A DNA stretch of 64,000 nucleotides from Octopus sinensis. Taxonomy: Eukaryota. Positions 59,731 to 64,000 of this stretch are shown here, in pieces; within the stretch, counting starts at the first letter, position 1, and each line of letters starts with the position of its first letter. Where the stretch lies: positions 45,384,001 through 45,448,000 of the forward strand of contig NC_043014.1 in the NCBI RefSeq assembly GCF_006345805.1. Reading direction: 5' to 3'. Under the pieces are notes generated by a model that saw only the letters and a list, made by a program, of their open reading frames with translations, searched no databases and had not been told where the DNA came from. The position numbers were made by a program, and so were the translations under genes.

Positions 59731-60170
59731 TAATCCAAACATTAAAACACAAAGAGAAAACACAACAATGCAAGGACGTGGAACAAGTATAGTATTATTG
59801 GATGCTGAGGAAAGGAAAGAAAGAAGGAGGATTTATCATTTCGAGCAGAGCTCTTCATCAGAAACATAGGAAAAGGAAAGGTCCAAAGAAGGGAAGACGG
59901 AGGAAAAAAAATCGCCAATGATACACATGTAGCCACATATGCATATATGGGTACAGGACATCACCAACGATTCAAACAACATGAAATTTGTAAACAAACA
60001 GGTTAAATACATAAACAATGAGAAATAATGGAGAACGGCACAAATAAACACAGAGAAAGGACCCTTCATCAGTTGTTGGCTGTCTATCTACTCTTCATTT
60101 CGAGCATTCAACGACAATATGAGTCTTCAAAGACAGTTGCTCCCATAAATTCTAAAATGATATTTAGGAT
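59700..60170 (-). mobile_element. Penelope-like terminal-repeat remnant flanked by (TA)n
   Basis: Abuts a (TA)n tract, carries ctgatgaag...cgaaa hammerhead-like motifs, and shares the gtacagga-cacc segment with the 16.3, 18.4 and 24.0 kb remnants. Class assignment is an inference. Confidence 0.5.
59826..59866 (-). ncRNA. Minimal type I hammerhead ribozyme-like motif
   Basis: Minus strand reads GTTT-CTGATGA-A-GAGC tct GCTC-GAAA-T G A T A-AATC: complete core, 4-bp stem II, 2-bp near-palindromic stem III, AUA triplet and a weak stem I. Confidence 0.45.
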
Positions 60171-60929
60171 TTATGGAGGGTCAAAGTTGGGAACAAAAAC
60201 ATGACAGTGGAGACATACAAGGAAACTGAACAAAAACAAACATGGGGGGTCATTAGACCAGAATGAGAGGAAAATAATGAATGCTGTGAGAAATATTTTT
60301 TTTTGAAAAGAAAAAGGATAGAAGAGGGAGAAAAAAGGTCTGCTCTTTTGAATGTCCGTGCAGGAAAAGAAAGATGGACAATGGTCATATGTGAGCAACG
60401 AGAGAGAGAGAGAGAGTGAGAGAGCACGGGAGAAAAAGAGAAAGAGGAGGGGAGAGAAAGAGATAGAAAACGGTGAAGGAGGGAAGGGGGAGAAAAAGGG
60501 AATTAGAGAATGATGAAGAAAACAGTATAGAGTAGAGAGTTGCATCAAATAGGTGAAGATAAACTGACTTGGAAATGGATGTGGCATTCAATTAAATAAA
60601 TAGTTGGGAACAAAAACATAGCAGTGGCGACAGACAATGAAACCAAACGAAAACAAACTTGGAGAGTCGTTAGATAAGAATGAAAGGAAAATAGTGAATG
60701 CTGGGAGAAACATAACATACTGCTTGATAACTATTCAATGTGCTTTTCCTTGTTTTAAGACAGAAGTGTGTGATTTGAGAAGGATTCAGCTGCTCTTTCT
60801 TGTAAGTCAAGCAACTACAAATAGATTTCCTCACTGGCTCATGTAGAGGAGTGACTAACCACAGGAGTAGGTACAAAATGAAATTATGTGAGCAACTTTT
60901 TTTCTGTTCTTTTTTTTTCTGTTCTTTTT

Positions 60930-61328
60930 TTCTTTTTCTTGTTTCAGTCATTTGACTGTGGCCATGCTGGAGCACCGCCTTTAGTCGAGCAAATCGACCC
61001 CGAGACTTATTCTAGTACTTAATCTATCAGTCTCTTTTGCTGAACCGCTAAGTGACGGGGACGTAAACACACCAGCATCGGTTGTCAAGCAATGCTAGGG
61101 GGACAAACACAGACACACAAACATATGCACACACATACATATATATATATATATACATATATACGACAGGCTTCTTTCAGTTTCCGTCTACCAAATCCAC
61201 TCACAAGGCATTGGTTGGCCCGAGGCTCTAGCAGAAGACACTTGCCCAAGATGCCATGCAGTGGGACTGAACCCGGAACCATGTGGTTGGTAAGCAAGCT
61301 ACTTACCACACAGCCACTCCTGCGCCTA
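60930..61328 (-). mobile_element. Family A SINE
   Basis: Full-length reverse-complement copy. Confidence 0.85.
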
Positions 61329-61727
61329 TACTCTGAAGGTTTCATGGGACTTGTAGATAGTTTCTGTTACAGAGACAACCTAATTAGTGAAGCATGGAAG
61401 AAATACAAATGCTAATGTGGTGACCTAATAATAGCTAAAGTAATTAAGAGCTGAAGCAGATTCAGTGTTAATGCAGTAACTTAATTAGTAGCAAGAGTAA
61501 GAAAGGTGTGCAAGAAAATCAGTGTTAATGTAGTGACCTATTTAATAGCAGAAGTAATTAGGAGAAAGAAGAAATTGAATATTAACGATATGACTTAATT
61601 AGATGATGTTGTCTAACCACAGGTCAACTCTAATTGAGTAGACCTTATGATCAAAGGCTTTCCAAAGGTAACCGTCCCATATTTTTAGTGCTAATGTAGG
61701 TTACAAGACTGTAAAAATGTGATTTAA

Positions 61728-61768
61728 CCCTTTAGTATTTTAACTGGCCAAAAGTATTCAGCCTGTTT

Positions 61769-61811
<43 letters not shown>

Positions 61812-62249
61812 AATTATTGTATACAGTGCTCAGGTGCACCACAACTTGTCAGAAAGTGCGTATAAAGCATATGCAGTAATGTACAAATGTCTGGAAAGCG
61901 AACAATGTATGAGTCAGATACATGCTTGCATGTGTATGGAGGGGAGGAAATCAGGTGTAGTGTTGACGAATCTCAGGAAGCCTGGAAGTTTTGAAGGATG
62001 CACTGCTCCGACAACTAACAACTGATGCCGGCAGTTTGTTCCATGCTTCAGCAACTCTCAGCATGAAAAAATGTTTCCTAATGTTCAAACTGACCAGATC
62101 TGGTCTCTCACACCAACCCTACAATATCTTTTTAAATATTAACAGCTACCTCATCGAAATCTCATAGCTACAAGATAATGCCTGATTAGTTCAAAACAAT
62201 GTGGATGAAAAAGGATTAATTTTGGCAGAATCATGCGAACACTAAAGGG
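61728..62249. mobile_element. piggyBac-like MITE interrupted by a CR1 3' fragment
   Basis: ttaa|ccctttagtatt...acactaaaggg|ataa; the internal sequence resumes after the CR1 insert. Confidence 0.6.
61787..62078 (-). mobile_element. Third copy of the same CR1 3' fragment, inserted into a TTAA MITE
   Basis: (AAT)n tail, then gaaattattgtatacagtgctcaggtgcaccacaac..., matching 52642-52920. Confidence 0.8.
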
Positions 62250-62559
62250 ATAAGGGAGATTTGGTTGCTATTTCCTTGAGGGATTTACCTCTGGTTAGAA
62301 CATAGTGTTTCTGGTTAGAACATAGTGAATAATGCTATATAATTGTTTGCCCTTCTAGAAATAATAGTCAAATTTCCCTCAGATTACACCCAACCATCTT
62401 AAGAAACAGGAAATATTGGATAATGTAGTTATGGATACACTATGCTTAGACAAAAAGAAAAGACAAAAGACAGGATGGTCACAGCTGGAACACTTTTGCT
62501 TGTAGGTCTTCCAGCATCAGAGGTAACCTGGGATTAAATAATCCTTTTTACTTTCGCAC

Positions 62560-63112
62560 AAAGCATGAAATTTAGGGGGAAGGGGCAGTTGATTAGATCG
62601 AATTCAGTATGTAACTGGTACTTAATTTATCGACCCCGAGAAGATGAAAAGCAAAGTAGACCTCGGCAGAATTTGAACTCAGAACGTTGCGGCAGACAAA
62701 ATACCTATTTCTTTACTACCCACAAGGGGCTAAACACAGAGGGGACAAACAAGGACAGACACACGGATTAAGTCGATTATATTGACCCCAGTGTGTAACT
62801 GGTACTTATTTAATTGACCCCAAAAGGATGAAAGGCAAAGTCAACCCCGGCGGAATTTGAACTCAGAACGTGGCAGTAGACAAAATACCTATTTCTTTAC
62901 TGCCCACAAGAGGCTAAACACAGAGAGGACAAACAAGGACAGACAAACAGATTAAGTCGATTATATTGACCCCAATGCATAACTGGTACTTATTTAATCG
63001 ACCCTGAAAGGATGAAAGGTAAAGTCGACCTTGGCGGAATTTGAACTTAGAACGTAGTGGCAGATGAAATACTGCTAAGCATTTTGTCTAGTGTGCCAAC
63101 AATTCTGCCAGC
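62560..63112 (-). mobile_element. Family B/C SINE multimer (three units)
   Basis: Same junction at 62705/62706 and 62889/62890; the 3'-most unit has the family C tail. Confidence 0.8.
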
Positions 63113-63570
63113 CCACCCCCTTTTCCTGGGAGTTAAATAATAAAATAATGTCTCTCTACATGCAAAAGGTGGACCTTTTAAACCTTTTGATACCTACCCG
63201 CTCAAGTCTGTCCCTGGTCCCATGATATAAAACTTCCTGTTTTAAAGGGATCAAAAAACTTTCCTTCAAAACTTAATGCTTGTTTATATGTCCCAAACAA
63301 GGCAGTGAGCTGGTAGGATTGTTTCCGCACCCGGCAAAATGGTTAATGGCATTGTCTGTTTTTATCTTCACAGTTCAAAATCTGCTGACCTGGGTCCTCA
63401 GAAAGGAAGCTTTGTTGTTTGAAGAGAATTGTGGAAAACGAATCCCATTCGAAGGCTGCTGACATTGCAAAACAGCTAGACATTAGTCCAAGAATGTGAA
63501 ATACATATCTGCATAAGTTTCGGTATTATGGATGAGCAGCTAGAAGAAAATCTCTCCTTCAACCAATTAA

Positions 63571-63880
63571 TCTTTATATATAAAACTGAAGTTGTGTGTG
63601 TGAGAGTCTGTCTACTCCGATTTAGATTCCTAACTACTCCCACATTTTGCAGTGCAGTTTAACCAAAAGCGGGTATCTTATAGTCGTGATTCATATCGAG
63701 CCCTTCTGGGTATTAGCACACGTCTATGATGAGTCTACGATTAAAAAAAAAATTTACCATCATTTTTTCGTTTTTTTAATGCATTTTTTGCTCAGTTTAT
63801 ATAAGGGAAGTAACTCTCTAAAAAATGCTTATATAGTTATCTCCCTTACAAGGCCGAGCAACGCAGGGCGATACTGCTAG
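63571..63880 (+). mobile_element. Non-autonomous Helitron-like element
   Basis: 5' TC (a|tctttatatataaaac), a 3' GC-rich hairpin-like ggccgagcaacgcagggc, then CTAG|t; inserted at an A|T site with no TSD. Confidence 0.6.
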
Positions 63881-64000
63881 TATCAGATAAAAGATTTTGA
63901 AAATTAAAGATGTCTATTTACTTCCTGCATGTCCGTATATGTATAGTTTCTGTTATTTAGGCGACCAAATTAGTAATGGTAGTGGATGCTCTGAAAGTAT

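Noticed and set aside
8104-61415. Recurrent ORF 'ASFSFRLPNPLTRLWSARGYSRRHLPKVPRSGTEPGTMWLVSKLLTTQPLL' seen more than 15 times
   Set aside because: This is the antisense reading of the family A SINE head and core; recurrence reflects copy number, not a gene family.

Overview
A 64-kb eukaryotic window that is very rich in repeats and microsatellites. The repeat families and composition suggest an octopus or other coleoid cephalopod; this is an inference. I could reconstruct one protein-coding gene by hand: an 11-exon, plus-strand ZNHIT2-like gene (zf-HIT, R2TP/U5 snRNP assembly cofactor). Its CDS is join(34293..34366,37338..37487,38154..38236,40842..40883,43417..43541,46007..46105,47380..47496,48427..48519,51399..51564,52141..52305,53565..53677), 1227 nt or 408 aa. 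All introns are GT-AG with consistent phases, and an AATAAA lies 45 nt after the stop. Intron 1 holds a tRNA-Asn(GTT) gene with intact stems and A/B boxes but an A at the near-invariant U33. The rest is mostly mobile DNA: several tRNA-headed SINE families (labelled A-E here), 3' remnants of CR1-, RTE- and L1/Tx1-type LINEs, Penelope-like remnants with minimal hammerhead-like motifs, two mariner relics, Merlin-like (GG termini, 8-bp TSD) and piggyBac-like (TTAA) MITEs, a Helitron-like element, and simple-repeat fields. No recognisable coding exon was found in 1-34 kb or after 54 kb. Nearly all ORF-track entries are microsatellite or SINE artefacts. The most notable observations are SINEs re-inserting at a fixed site in their own heads, an inverted CR1 pair bracketing the frame-symmetric exon 10, minimal hammerheads, the U33A tRNA and a 1.4-kb foldback element upstream of the gene. 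Family names come from motif recognition only; no database searches were run, and repeat boundaries without a stated TSD are approximate.
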